Assembly (NCBI GenBank): GCA_910586045.1
Contig: CAJUIH010000002.1
Coordinates: 6,711-70,710 of the forward strand
Reading direction: 5' to 3'
DNA from: an uncultured Eubacterium sp.
GTDB lineage: Bacteria > Bacillota > Clostridia > Lachnospirales > Lachnospiraceae
Length of the DNA stretch: 64,000 nucleotides
Shown here in pieces: positions 51,649-61,305 of this stretch. The position numbers and the translations under genes are program-made. Below the pieces are notes generated by a model. It was given only the letters and a program-made list of their open reading frames with translations. It searched no databases and was not told the DNA's origin. Numbering within the stretch: the first letter of the stretch is position 1; each line of letters starts with the position of its first letter.

Positions 51649-53016
51649 TCATCGCTCCCCCTCTTTCTCCCGTTCCATCCGCCGAAACATCCGAACCAAT
51701 ACGATCACCGCCGCAAAAGCAAGAATAAACTCCGCCGTAAACTGCGCATAGGCCAGCCCATACAACGGAAACAGCCAATTCAAAACAAACAGCGCCGGAA
51801 TTTCCAATACGACTTTGCGCAAAAACGCAAAAATCAAAGAAAACAGCCCTTTCCCGCATGCCTGGTATGTGGTAACACCCAAAAAGTCAATGCATAAAAA
51901 CGGAAGCGAAATACACATACCGTGCAAAAACCGGGCGCCATAGGCAATAATCTCCTCTTTCGCAATAAAAGCGCCCATCAGCCCTTCCGCAAACACATAA
52001 AAAAGCACGGCTACCGCCGCTAGAAAAGAAACCGACAGCTTGGCTGTAAACAGCAGCGACTTTTTGGCGCGTCCATAATCCCTGCTCCCAAAATTGTAGC
52101 TGATTAACGGCATCACCCCCTGCGCGGAACCAAGCGCAATCTGCATCGGTACCATGTTGACCTTATAAGCAATCCCCATCGCGGCAACCGCGTCAGAACC
52201 AAAGGCGGAAGTAAAATTGTTCAAAACCGTCATTCCGGTTACATTCAAAAGGTTCTGCACAGAAGCCGGAATCCCGACCGCACAGATCCCTAAAACAATA
52301 TCTTTGCGTGGTTTTGCAAGCCCCGGATTCATACAGACATAGGAACTGCCCTTTCGAACAAAAAGCAGGACAAAGAAATACACACATGCCATGCAGTTGG
52401 AAACAAATGTCGCCAGCCCTGCGCCTGCCGCCCCCATATGAAAATACAAAACAAACACCGGATCCAGCGCAATATTCAAAATACATCCCGACATCGTACC
52501 GATGCTCGCATGCATCGACGACCCTTCGGTCCGCACCAGATATGCCATCACTACATTTAATATAGAAGGAACCGCACCAAGCGTCACCGTCCAAAACAAA
52601 TAGTCGGCAGTCGCCGCCCGGTTCTCCGGTACTGCGCCTAAAACAGTTAAAAGCGGTGATTTGCAGACGGTAAAAAAAACGGAAAACAAGAAACCGCTGA
52701 TGATACAGGCCCATAGTCCAAATGCCGAACAGCGTTTTACCGTCGGAATGTCTTTTCGTCCAAGCGCACGCCCCATCATACTCGACGTACCCACGCCAAA
52801 CAGATTATTTACCGCATTAAACGCCAGCAGCACAGGCGAAGCCAGCGTAACGGCCGCATTTTGAATCGGATCATTTAACATACCTACAAACCAAGTATCC
52901 GCAAGGCTGTAGATCACCATAACCAGACTGCTAAGTACGGTCGGAAGCGCCAGCGTAGCAACTGCTTTCGGTATCGGCGCTGTTTCAAATAAAGTCGTTT
53001 TCTGTGTCTGCTCCAT
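51649..53016 (-). CDS. MATE family efflux transporter
   Basis: 12-TM pattern with a MATE N-terminus (…PIPKAVATLALPTVLSSLV…). ATG 53016 is preferred over the upstream track start. Confidence 0.9.
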   Translation of the reverse strand: MEQTQKTTLFETAPIPKAVATLALPTVLSSLVMVIYSLADTWFVGMLNDPIQNAAVTLASPVLLAFNAVNNLFGVGTSSMMGRALGRKDIPTVKRCSAFGLWACIISGFLFSVFFTVCKSPLLTVLGAVPENRAATADYLFWTVTLGAVPSILNVVMAYLVRTEGSSMHASIGTMSGCILNIALDPVFVLYFHMGAAGAGLATFVSNCMACVYFFVLLFVRKGSSYVCMNPGLAKPRKDIVLGICAVGIPASVQNLLNVTGMTVLNNFTSAFGSDAVAAMGIAYKVNMVPMQIALGSAQGVMPLISYNFGSRDYGRAKKSLLFTAKLSVSFLAAVAVLFYVFAEGLMGAFIAKEEIIAYGARFLHGMCISLPFLCIDFLGVTTYQACGKGLFSLIFAFLRKVVLEIPALFVLNWLFPLYGLAYAQFTAEFILAFAAVIVLVRMFRRMEREKEGER

Positions 53017-53152
53017 TTTCCCTGTCCTTTCTGTGCGTCTCGTATGTACCATTTCCTGAATTGTAACTCTCATTATAAGACAGGGGATATGGAAAAGCAA
53101 GAAAAAATACGGCCTATGGCCGTATTGTACTGTTTAGATCAGTGGCTGCGGC

Positions 53153-53397
53153 GACGCCGGATGGAGAAAAATTTCCCTTTCTGGTATGATTCTGAAAAAA
53201 AGCTGGAAGTTCTTAGTTTTCTGCTCTATGCACAGGATTTTCGGGCACGGATGCCCGAAAAAGGAAGCTGCTGCGCCATGGACGGCGCATCAGCTTCCGG
53301 TCCGTCCATTACCGCAAATGATCGGGCAGAAAACTTAGAACTTCCAGCTTTTCTTCAGCGGAATACCAGAAAGGGAAATTTTTCTCCATCCGGCGTC
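53153..53397 (+). repeat. long-hairpin repeat, subfamily 1, copy E
   Basis: The outer 35 bp are perfectly complementary (gacgccggatggagaaaaatttccctttctggtat / ataccagaaagggaaatttttctccatccggcgtc). The box and core are shared with copies A and B. Confidence 0.85.
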
Positions 53398-53485
53398 CGG
53401 ACATGTCATAACGTAAATTGCGGAATGCTTAGGGGATTCTTGGTTCCGGAGAGCCTCTGTTCGCAATGCAACTGTACGACACTTC

Positions 53486-54685
53486 TTACCGCTCTACCGA
53501 AAACTCGATGCGGGCAATGGTTTTGCCATCCACGTTTTTATTCGTCACTTCCAGTACATAATCCTCCTCTCCGGTATCGATCAGTGCAATGGACTGCACA
53601 TGGCTTCCATCCTTTTGGATGTCATCATAACTGCCCACCCACTGCAGCATATTGCCGTTTTTGTCTTTGATTAAGATATCCGGATCGTTGTATTTGTCAT
53701 TATATGGCTCTTGGGTAAAATTCGGCTCTTCCAAAACCAGATTCAGCGTTGCCTTTGCCTTTGTTACACTGGCTAATTTGACGCCGTTATCTTCTTGATT
53801 GATTGTTTGTGTATGGTTTCCAGACGTTTCCACTTTGACCGGAATAGACAGCTTCCATTCCCCGCTTGCCGGTTCGGTATACACATATTCCCCGTCTTCC
53901 CTGTGATTGTCGAAATCAACGCCTACCAATTGCTCGATCGTAATTGCAATTGGAACGATTTCTCCGTCCTGATAGGTTTTTGGCTTCGTTTGTCCGTAAA
54001 AGCAGTAATTCTGTACGGAAATAAAAGTCCCGTCTTTTTGCCTGCGGAAAACAAACAGACCCATCCCGTCATCCTGCCCCGCGATTTTCACATTGCAGTG
54101 CGGACGGTCTTTGATCACGTCGGTCATAATCGCATCGATCCCGTCCGCGGTCAATTCCGGATTTTCCGTCTCCAAAACAAGCGTATAATACAGCATATAA
54201 CCGTCACAATAGACATCCGATGCCCGCATCGTCACACCGGCGTCTTTTGCTGTAAGCTTCTGCTTCCCCGCTTCCTTGCCTCCCTCTTTTTGCACCTCTT
54301 TTCCGGTATCCTCGGTTAACTGGGTGGACTGTTTTCCGATTTTGGTATAAAGCTCCTGTTCCTCTTTTTCATATTTGCTTCCTTCGCTGCCTGCAATCAG
54401 TTTTTGAAATGTGCTGCTTAACAGCCCTTTTGCGTCGGTCTGGCTGCTGACAACCAGCGATACAGCCGCGCATGCCGCCGCTGCCGCAACGGCTGCCCGT
54501 ATGCCTTTGCGTGTTTTCCTTGTTTTTGCATGTTCCTGTTCCCTCTTGTTCCCGTTCAATTTTCTTACCTCCTGTAACAGCCTTTTTTCTATTTGACGTG
54601 CTTCATCGGAGGATAACATCAGATTATCATATTCGCTGAAATCTGTTTTTACATCATTCAATAAGTCATAAATTTTTTCTTCCAT
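53486..54685 (-). CDS. putative anti-sigma factor-like membrane protein (DUF4179-like)
   Basis: Immediately downstream of the sigma factor gene. It has a short cytoplasmic N-domain, one TM helix (AAVAAAAACAAVSLVV) and a large extracytoplasmic domain. Confidence 0.6.
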   Translation of the reverse strand: MEEKIYDLLNDVKTDFSEYDNLMLSSDEARQIEKRLLQEVRKLNGNKREQEHAKTRKTRKGIRAAVAAAAACAAVSLVVSSQTDAKGLLSSTFQKLIAGSEGSKYEKEEQELYTKIGKQSTQLTEDTGKEVQKEGGKEAGKQKLTAKDAGVTMRASDVYCDGYMLYYTLVLETENPELTADGIDAIMTDVIKDRPHCNVKIAGQDDGMGLFVFRRQKDGTFISVQNYCFYGQTKPKTYQDGEIVPIAITIEQLVGVDFDNHREDGEYVYTEPASGEWKLSIPVKVETSGNHTQTINQEDNGVKLASVTKAKATLNLVLEEPNFTQEPYNDKYNDPDILIKDKNGNMLQWVGSYDDIQKDGSHVQSIALIDTGEEDYVLEVTNKNVDGKTIARIEFSVER

Positions 54686-54729
54686 ACCTATGCCGTCCTT
54701 TCTGCTGTCCGGATCATGTTTTCCTGTGA

Positions 54730-55305
54730 TTAGAAGCGTATATTTTGCACGGTCTGCGCTGGTTCTTCCTGTATGAAATGTTTGCGGATCCGGCGCCTGC
54801 CGCGGGATACATGGTTGTAGATGGCCGATTTTTTCATACCCGTTTCCATGCTGACCTCTTCCACTGACATTTCTTCTACATATAATTTCCAGAACAGGCC
54901 GCGGTCTTTTTCATCCAGACATGTCAGCATCCGTTCCATTTCACTTGATATTTCCCGGTCGATCAATTGTTCCAGTGCGGCGTCTTCTTCTGCAAACGCC
55001 GCCTCTTCCAGGCTTACCTGACGGAGTTCTTTTTGATATTCCCTAAGATAATCCACCGCCCGATACCGCGCGACAGCCGCCGCCCAGTTTTTAAATGTAC
55101 TGCGCGAAGCGTCAAAGGATGCGATATGCTGCCAAATGCTAAGCAGCACATCATTGAAACATTCGTCGACCCGGCCCGGTATTTGATATAAATGCTTGCG
55201 GATAATCGACCGCAGCAGCCCGCCGTATAGTTCTATGACATATCGCAATGCGTCCTCATTTTGCAATTGTAATTGCTGAATATAGTTGTGTTCTCCTATT
55301 TTCAT
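54730..55305 (-). CDS. sigma-70 family (ECF-like) RNA polymerase sigma factor
   Basis: Region 2 (…DECFNDVLLSIWQHI…) and a region 4 HTH (…MSVEEVSMETGMKKSAIYNHVSRGRRRI…). Start set at ATG 55305. Confidence 0.85.
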   Translation of the reverse strand: MKIGEHNYIQQLQLQNEDALRYVIELYGGLLRSIIRKHLYQIPGRVDECFNDVLLSIWQHIASFDASRSTFKNWAAAVARYRAVDYLREYQKELRQVSLEEAAFAEEDAALEQLIDREISSEMERMLTCLDEKDRGLFWKLYVEEMSVEEVSMETGMKKSAIYNHVSRGRRRIRKHFIQEEPAQTVQNIRF

Positions 55306-55595
55306 AGTTATCCTGCCTCTTTCAGGAACCCGCGCGTTTTTTGAATGCATCCGTTGGATCCTGAACCTGTTTTTTCGTAGCTACACTTATTAATACGGAT
55401 GGGCGGCAGGATTTCTATCCGTTTTTTGATTTTTTGTACACTTTACTATCGTTTATTTATTTCATTGACAAAATACCTATATTTTACATTCTATCAAAAA
55501 AGTGATATGATTTATATAGTCAATCGTGGGAGGAGGGATCGATCAAATTAATTTCAGATTGCCGTATCAGGGAATGTCAACCCAAGGAGGAACCA

Positions 55596-56222
55596 ATGCG
55601 AAAAAAAATCATAATCGGATTTCTGCTTTTTTCGATCATAACTGCCGGATGTGGAAACGCGGAGAATAAACCGCAGAAAGAGCATGCCCAAACAGGCACC
55701 AAACTTCAGGAAAACAGTACAAACGTACAGTCGGAATCTGAAAAGCCTCAAATAGAAAAAGAAGATACAACGACAGAAGCAGAAACCAAACACAAGCAAA
55801 AACACGAAGATCGTATAAAATCAGAAACAGGTTTTCCAGCGCATTATAAACAGCAATCAGAATCCGGAAAAGTAACATTTGATTGTGTGATTGAACTCCC
55901 GGATTCTTTTTCGAAAAATAATGTCCGCAAACTTGCCGTCTCCGATCAGTGCCAAGGGGATGAGAAACGTATTATGGCAAAATATGTGGACGGAAAAGAA
56001 ATTTCCGAGGAACATCCAAGCCCGGGTGGAGATGGGATTCCAGACTCTATTTATTATGCGATGGCAGACGGGGGAGGCGTAAGCGTGGGAAACGGCTTTA
56101 GCTACAGCAGCGGATATTCAAAATATTATAGTTATGCAGGGGTATCAAATTCAGAGAACCAGGATGCATACAATTCCAAAAAAGTTTCCTTTGCAACGCC
56201 GGAGGATGCAATAGCGGGGTGA
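55596..56222 (+). CDS. lipoprotein, function unknown
   Basis: AAGGAGG RBS, lipobox ITAGCG, and a low-complexity E/K/T-rich linker. Confidence 0.6.
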   Translation: MRKKIIIGFLLFSIITAGCGNAENKPQKEHAQTGTKLQENSTNVQSESEKPQIEKEDTTTEAETKHKQKHEDRIKSETGFPAHYKQQSESGKVTFDCVIELPDSFSKNNVRKLAVSDQCQGDEKRIMAKYVDGKEISEEHPSPGGDGIPDSIYYAMADGGGVSVGNGFSYSSGYSKYYSYAGVSNSENQDAYNSKKVSFATPEDAIAG

Positions 56223-56803
56223 AAAAGGAAATGGCGGATATTGGGTTTTCCGCGTTTGAATTTCAGTTTCAGGTATATCCACTGCACCATCAAATTTTAA
56301 AAAAAATGGAGGAACGATCAATCAAGGAAGGGTCGTTAAAAGAAGACAAAAAGAAATATGCATGGACAGAAGCGGATGATGCATATATGGTTTATGCATT
56401 CCAGCAAAATGACCATATTCCTATTCTTCATCAATGGATGAGTATCTTTCGGATTATGGCTTACGATACAGTCGATAACGCACCGGTGACAGCCGTTTAT
56501 TCTTCCAGAGGAATCGAAAGCCTGCGCGTTAGCCCTGTGTATGATTTTAAAGAGACGCAAAAGAAAGTTGAATTAAAGGAATTTGCGGATATTGCAGAAA
56601 TTGTGGAAGAAAAGTTTGAGAACATTTTGAATGATGCCAGTTATGTTGTGGACCGGGCAAAGCTATTTCAAATGGTACACAGAAATGAAAAACAGGAGTA
56701 TCTGGTAGAACCAGCCTGGTATTTTGAGATTATCGAAGATGGGAACAGCAGGTCCGTTACCTTGATCAATGCCGTCACAGGGAAAGAAACATTATTGCAG
56801 TAA
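56219..56803 (+). CDS. hypothetical protein (GTGA overlap with the upstream lipoprotein gene)
   Basis: 194-aa ORF. The start could be GTG 56219 or ATG 56231. It may be the displaced C-terminal part of the upstream gene. Confidence 0.5.
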   Translation: MKKEMADIGFSAFEFQFQVYPLHHQILKKMEERSIKEGSLKEDKKKYAWTEADDAYMVYAFQQNDHIPILHQWMSIFRIMAYDTVDNAPVTAVYSSRGIESLRVSPVYDFKETQKKVELKEFADIAEIVEEKFENILNDASYVVDRAKLFQMVHRNEKQEYLVEPAWYFEIIEDGNSRSVTLINAVTGKETLLQ

Positions 56804-56868
56804 TCCGCAGATCGGCAGAACCGGAAAAATGGCTTTGTTAAAATCATTCATTAGGAACAGGGGATGTG

Positions 56869-57006
56869 ATGAAAAATCATTATTTTTTGACGGATATCAG
56901 GCGTTTATTAACAAACAGCGGCTTTTATGCCGCTATTCTCGGCGTGGCAGCCTCCATGTTTTTTTCATTAGAAAAACTCACTAAATTTCTGATTATCTTT
57001 TCATAA
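56869..57006 (+). pseudogene. 5' stub of a membrane-protein gene truncated by ICE insertion
   Basis: ATG 56869 is preceded by an AGGAACAGGGGA purine-rich stretch. MKNHYFLTDIRRLLTNSGFYAAILGVAASMFFSLE then reads into ICE-end sequence and stops after 10 more codons. Confidence 0.45.
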
Positions 57007-57141
57007 GCTGGTAAATGTCGGTATAGCCTGTATTTTAGGGCTTTATCGGCATTTTCCTTTGGGAAGATACTCTGCATAAGCTGGCATTTACCAGCATGAA
57101 AATGCAACCAAAAGTAGTAAATGAGTAGTACAATCACCGAT

Positions 57142-58338
57142 TTAAGAAGCAAGAGCCAGTCTTTCAAGTTCTGCTTTTGCTGAATTGAAAGTACCGTGTG
57201 CGTAGCACCCTAATGTCATGGTGATGTTTGAATGTCCCATGATGTATTGCAGGGTGTTCGGGTTCATTCCTTTGTTTGCCATGTTCGTGCAGTAGGTATG
57301 TCTGAATGAGTGCGGTGTGATGTTTGGTAGCTGGTCTTTATGTGTCTTGTTGTATTTCTTCACAAGCCCACGCATCATACTTTCGTAGTTGCCAGCCACT
57401 TTAGGGAAACCCTTTTGGTTTAGGAACAGGAAATTGCTGTAACCATTGATAACGATAGGCTCTGCCTTTCCTCTGTTCTGTAACACTCGCTTAAAGGCTT
57501 GATAGGCTCTTTCTGTCATTGGAAGCTGGCGTTCTCCTTTTTTGGTCTTAGGTGTTTCAATGTAGTAGCCGATTTCAGTATCTTTCAATAGCTGGTGGTC
57601 TACATTGATGATACGGTTCGCCATATCTATATGGACTGTCAGACCGCAAAATTCAGAGATACGAAGCCCCGTTTCCAGAAGAATAACCACTTCATCATAA
57701 TACTTGCTGTACGTCTTGTCCTGTTCCATAAAGGCAAGCAATTTTTCTTCCTGCTCTGGCGTGAGAATGACTTTAGGCTCTGAATTATCTTCCAGAACGT
57801 CGCTCAATTTGAAGCTGAAAGGATTCTTTCTGATACAGTCGTCCTCAATCGCCATATAGAATGACGCTTTCAGAGAACGCTTGTAGTTGCTAATCGTCTT
57901 GTAGGAAAAGCCATTCTCATACATTCGCATAGCCCATTCCTTACCGTCCGATAGCTTTACCGTATCAATGCTCCTTGCACCCAGAGGGTCGTTTTCCAGA
58001 ATTTTCATAAGATAATGGCGACCTTTTTCTGTGTTGCGTTTCACATTCTTTCTCTGGCTGTTCTTCTTTGCGTAAAGCTGGCAGACTGTCATTTTCCCGC
58101 CTATGGTGTTAATACCGTCGTCGAGGTCTTTCTTAATCTTTTTCTGCTTTTCCCTCAATGACAAATCTTCACGTTTCCCAGCGGGTGTCTTGTCTGTCGG
58201 AACAAGTTTCCAAGCATAGACAAACTGTGGTTGCCCGTACATATCGGTATATTTGTAAACGTATCTTCCGTCTTTTCTCTGGCTCTCTCCAAGTCGTAAA
58301 TTGCGTCCCTTGCTGTCTTTTCTCTTTACATTAGACAT
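57142..58338 (-). CDS. int: tyrosine recombinase, Tn916-type integrase
   Basis: N-terminal arm-binding domain (…RKDGRYVYKYTDMYGQP…) and catalytic R…HxxR…Y (…HSFRHTYCT…LGCYAH). Confidence 0.95.
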   Translation of the reverse strand: MSNVKRKDSKGRNLRLGESQRKDGRYVYKYTDMYGQPQFVYAWKLVPTDKTPAGKREDLSLREKQKKIKKDLDDGINTIGGKMTVCQLYAKKNSQRKNVKRNTEKGRHYLMKILENDPLGARSIDTVKLSDGKEWAMRMYENGFSYKTISNYKRSLKASFYMAIEDDCIRKNPFSFKLSDVLEDNSEPKVILTPEQEEKLLAFMEQDKTYSKYYDEVVILLETGLRISEFCGLTVHIDMANRIINVDHQLLKDTEIGYYIETPKTKKGERQLPMTERAYQAFKRVLQNRGKAEPIVINGYSNFLFLNQKGFPKVAGNYESMMRGLVKKYNKTHKDQLPNITPHSFRHTYCTNMANKGMNPNTLQYIMGHSNITMTLGCYAHGTFNSAKAELERLALAS

Positions 58339-58417
58339 AGTGCGAAGCTCCTTTCCGTCAAGGAATGAGCCGTTGATACGCTATACTTTATTATACCATA
58401 TCTACGGCTCGCTGACA

Positions 58418-58624
58418 TTAGATTTCGTCCAATGTATCAATGATTTTTTCAAACTGTTTTCGCTTAATCTGCACACGGTTTCCGTTCACAATCACCCAGC
58501 CAGCGTCGAGGTTTTCCTCTGCCAGTTTACGCAATTTCTTTTCCCCGATACGGAAGTATTTTGACGCTTCCTCAATCGTCAGCGTGTACTTCTCCCAGAT
58601 AGGCACATCAGTATTGTTTGTCAT
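58418..58624 (-). CDS. xis: excisionase, Tn916 Xis type
   Basis: …[32 protein letters not shown]…[22 protein letters not shown] is nearly collinear with Tn916 Xis. Confidence 0.9.
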   Translation of the reverse strand: MTNNTDVPIWEKYTLTIEEASKYFRIGEKKLRKLAEENLDAGWVIVNGNRVQIKRKQFEKIIDTLDEI

Positions 58625-59030
58625 ATATAAGCACCCCCTTTACTGTGTGTCTTTTGGAAGCAGACAGACGGCTCTGGAAAAGCTCCGCTGGTATCTCAAC
58701 CAATCTCATTCCTATGAGCAAAACCACCTTTGGGACGTATCATTATCCTGTGAATACAGGTCGTGGCAAAGCGACTTTTCCAACGGTCGCTCTCGGATCA
58801 CTGCATGGGTCGCTCGCTCTCTTTTGGAAAGGTCATGGCGTACAGTCTCCGTGGCTCGCTGTATCACAAACGTATCTGTCTGCTTTATTCACTTGTCAAA
58901 GAACAACGGCTGTTTATACGCCTGTCAAAGCCCATATAAATACAAAGATATATAGACTTTGAAAGATGTATAAATCCCAGAGAGGACGCAGGAAAGGGGG
59001 TAATGCGTCACTCTGTAATGGGACGTTGGT

Positions 59031-59279
59031 TTATGCTACTTTGAAATTAAGCACCTGCTCAATCAGCTTTGCTTCCAGACGGCTACGCATATCCTCGTCA
59101 ACGGTGGTATGAGGATTGCCGTATTCGTCAATGCTTGTTCGCATGGACAAGCGGGCAATATAAGGCTCGTAATGGGACAACACAACATTCATAGCCAGAA
59201 TATCGCCCTGCGAAGCTGAAACGATAACAGGGTAAGGCAGTAAGCCGTTGCCTTTATGTACCGCTTTATTCTTCTTCAT
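59031..59279 (-). CDS. Tn916 ORF8-like helix-turn-helix protein
   Basis: Position and pattern (…YEPYIARLS…VDEDMRSRLEAKLIE…). ATG 59279 overlaps the end of the orf7-like gene, as in Tn916. Confidence 0.7.
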   Translation of the reverse strand: MKKNKAVHKGNGLLPYPVIVSASQGDILAMNVVLSHYEPYIARLSMRTSIDEYGNPHTTVDEDMRSRLEAKLIEQVLNFKVA

Positions 59280-59694
59280 GCTGTTTTTCCTCCATTCTTT
59301 TTCTGACTTTTTCAAATCCTCTTTGACGCTTATAGTTCACTGTACGGCGTACAATTTTCAGCAGGTCGGCAATCTCGCCGTCATTGAAGCCTAAACCGTA
59401 GAGCAACAAGATAAAGCGTTCTTCCTCAGAAAGTTCCTGCAATGCTTCACTCAACAGCTCATTCTTGATTTTCACGTCGTAGCACATGACTTTGTAAAGG
59501 TCATAGTCCGTGGAATAATCATCATAAGTGGCAAGCTCCGCAAGCTGTTCTGGCGTGAGTTCTGAAAAGGAAACCTGTACGTCATTCAAATGCTGGTAAT
59601 GCTTCTGAATGTTGATAGCTTCATTCTTCAAAATCTTCTTGCAGTAACAGTCAAAGACTTTCTGGACATCTTCTGGAGAAGTGGGTCTGTTCAT
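59266..59694 (-). CDS. Tn916 ORF7-like sigma-70 region-4 protein
   Basis: AGGAGG RBS before ATG 59694. C-terminal region-4 HTH (…LSEEERFILLLYGLGFNDGEIADLLKIVRRTVNYKRQR…). Confidence 0.75.
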   Translation of the reverse strand: MNRPTSPEDVQKVFDCYCKKILKNEAINIQKHYQHLNDVQVSFSELTPEQLAELATYDDYSTDYDLYKVMCYDVKIKNELLSEALQELSEEERFILLLYGLGFNDGEIADLLKIVRRTVNYKRQRGFEKVRKRMEEKQHEEE

Positions 59695-60133
59695 GTTTTC
59701 ACCTCCTTTCATTTTTCAAAAGGTGGTGATTGTAACCGCTCCTTCCCCATTTCCGTCATTAATACAAATGAGAGGGTACGAGCTGGCAAAGTTTGAAAAA
59801 GAAATCCAGAAAAAGCAAAAAAGCCCAAGAAGTTGTGATAACCTCGTTGAGCTTTAGTGAATATAATCGACAGATAGTGAGGAAATTCTACACGGAAATA
59901 GCTGTAAACTCCCTTAACATGGATTAAAATTTTTTTGATGATTTTCTTTTATGCACTCCTGCCATTCACAATCCTCCCGTGAAGAAACCGCCTTGCCAGA
60001 ATAAGGCAAATTTCAACAAGATAAGCATAAAAGATAAATCCGTCCTAATTCCGTCCAAATCCCTGTTTTTTGGCAGGAACGAAAAAAGGCTATCACACCC
60101 AGCAGAAATGCCGTGGTTGCGATAACCTGTGTA

Positions 60134-60499
60134 TCAGATAATCTTTGTATTTTCTTTGATAAGCTGGCGTATCTCGTCCCGCTTTGCTGGCGGTGCTTGA
60201 CTGATGAAGTCCTCTATCCATTCGTCAATCTGTTCATAGACATTTTCATCTTTAAAATATTCTGGATAGTCTTTCAAAATATCAAACTCCCTGTCTGTGC
60301 GTTCCGCTTCCTTGCAAGCCAGCTCTAAATGCTCACTAATCAATTCCTGTGTGCAGGAAGAATAGCCAAGAGCGGTTGTGATATAAGTGATACGCTCAAA
60401 ATCAGCCTGTGTCATAGCTTCCTTGCCTGTAAGCAGGTCATAGTCACGTTGTCCGCACAGTGACAGAAACACTTTCTTTTGCTTCTCCGCTTGAACCAT
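60134..60499 (-). CDS. ICE-borne hypothetical protein
   Basis: About 121 aa and acidic. TAGGAG RBS 8 nt before ATG 60499. No motif recognised. Confidence 0.55.
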   Translation of the reverse strand: MVQAEKQKKVFLSLCGQRDYDLLTGKEAMTQADFERITYITTALGYSSCTQELISEHLELACKEAERTDREFDILKDYPEYFKDENVYEQIDEWIEDFISQAPPAKRDEIRQLIKENTKII

Positions 60500-60518
60500 A
60501 ATAGCCACTCCTAAGTCT

Positions 60519-60743
60519 TTAAAATTTTAGCTGTCTGCTGGCAGTACAGATAAATTCCTCTGGGGTAGGGGTACGGTTGCCAAACATACGCTTAAACTCT
60601 GCCTGCTGGTCTGGGTCGTCACTGTCCATTACCGCTATGATTTTATCCTGTATCTGCTCACGGACTTCTGAAACAGAAAGCCCGTACAGACGAGCCATTT
60701 CTTTAATCATTTTCTTGCTGTCCCTTTTACTGAATTTCATCAT
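60519..60743 (-). CDS. ICE-borne small hypothetical protein
   Basis: 74 aa with an AGAGG RBS. No secure family call. Confidence 0.55.
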   Translation of the reverse strand: MMKFSKRDSKKMIKEMARLYGLSVSEVREQIQDKIIAVMDSDDPDQQAEFKRMFGNRTPTPEEFICTASRQLKF

Positions 60744-60894
60744 ACAGTCAGAACACCTCTTTTCTTAAAATTGATGATATATACCAAAAAAATTCGCCAA
60801 AAATATAGTACATAAATGTTTCATCTATACAAGCTATTATATTACACTCTGTGAATAGTTACAATAATGAAAAGCAAGAAAGGAGAGGAAAACT

Positions 60895-61257
60895 GTGGAA
60901 ATAGACTATAAAGCAATCGGACAGCGTATCAAGATAGCACGAATTAAGAAAGGCATAACACAGGAAGCCGTCGCAGACCTTATAGATATTACCCCAGCTC
61001 ACATGAGTAACGTGGAAACAGGGAAAACGAAAGTCAGCCTGCCTACGCTGATTGAGATTGCCAATGCTCTTTCCGTATCAGTTGATGTTCTCCTATGTGA
61101 TAATGTACTTGCTTCACAGAATATTTTCAAGGGAGAAGCAAAAGAGATTTTTGATGATTGCGACGAATACGAAACCCGATTTTTAGTTGACCTGCTGAAA
61201 TGTGCAAAATCAGCCATGCGTAGGGACAAAGAAGTAAGAAATCAGTTCAATAGATAA
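60895..61257 (+). CDS. XRE-family helix-turn-helix regulator (Tn916 ORF9-like)
   Basis: GTG start after AAAGGAGAGG. HTH_3 motif (IGQRIKIARIKKGITQEAVADLIDITPAHMSNVETGK). Oriented opposite to the int/xis module. Confidence 0.85.
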   Translation: MEIDYKAIGQRIKIARIKKGITQEAVADLIDITPAHMSNVETGKTKVSLPTLIEIANALSVSVDVLLCDNVLASQNIFKGEAKEIFDDCDEYETRFLVDLLKCAKSAMRRDKEVRNQFNR

Positions 61258-61305
61258 AACCGTAGCGTGCAGATCACAATGGATTGTGAAATACAGCTAC
61301 GGTTT
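61257..61305. terminator. bidirectional terminator between convergent ICE genes
   Basis: aaaaccgtagc … gctacggtttt, a 10-bp stem with an inner hairpin cacaat/attgtg. A/T runs on both sides. Confidence 0.55.

Noticed and set aside
56925-57167. An 80-aa hydrophobic ORF spanning the ICE end and overlapping the int stop.
   Set aside because: It crosses the inferred element boundary and overlaps int. It is AT-rich end sequence with repeats and has no RBS.
59832-60128. A 13-nt direct repeat, gttgYgataacct (59832-59844 and 60116-60128), in the ICE non-coding region as a possible operator pair.
   Set aside because: It is too short (12 of 13 matching) and the copies are too far apart to separate from chance without comparative data.
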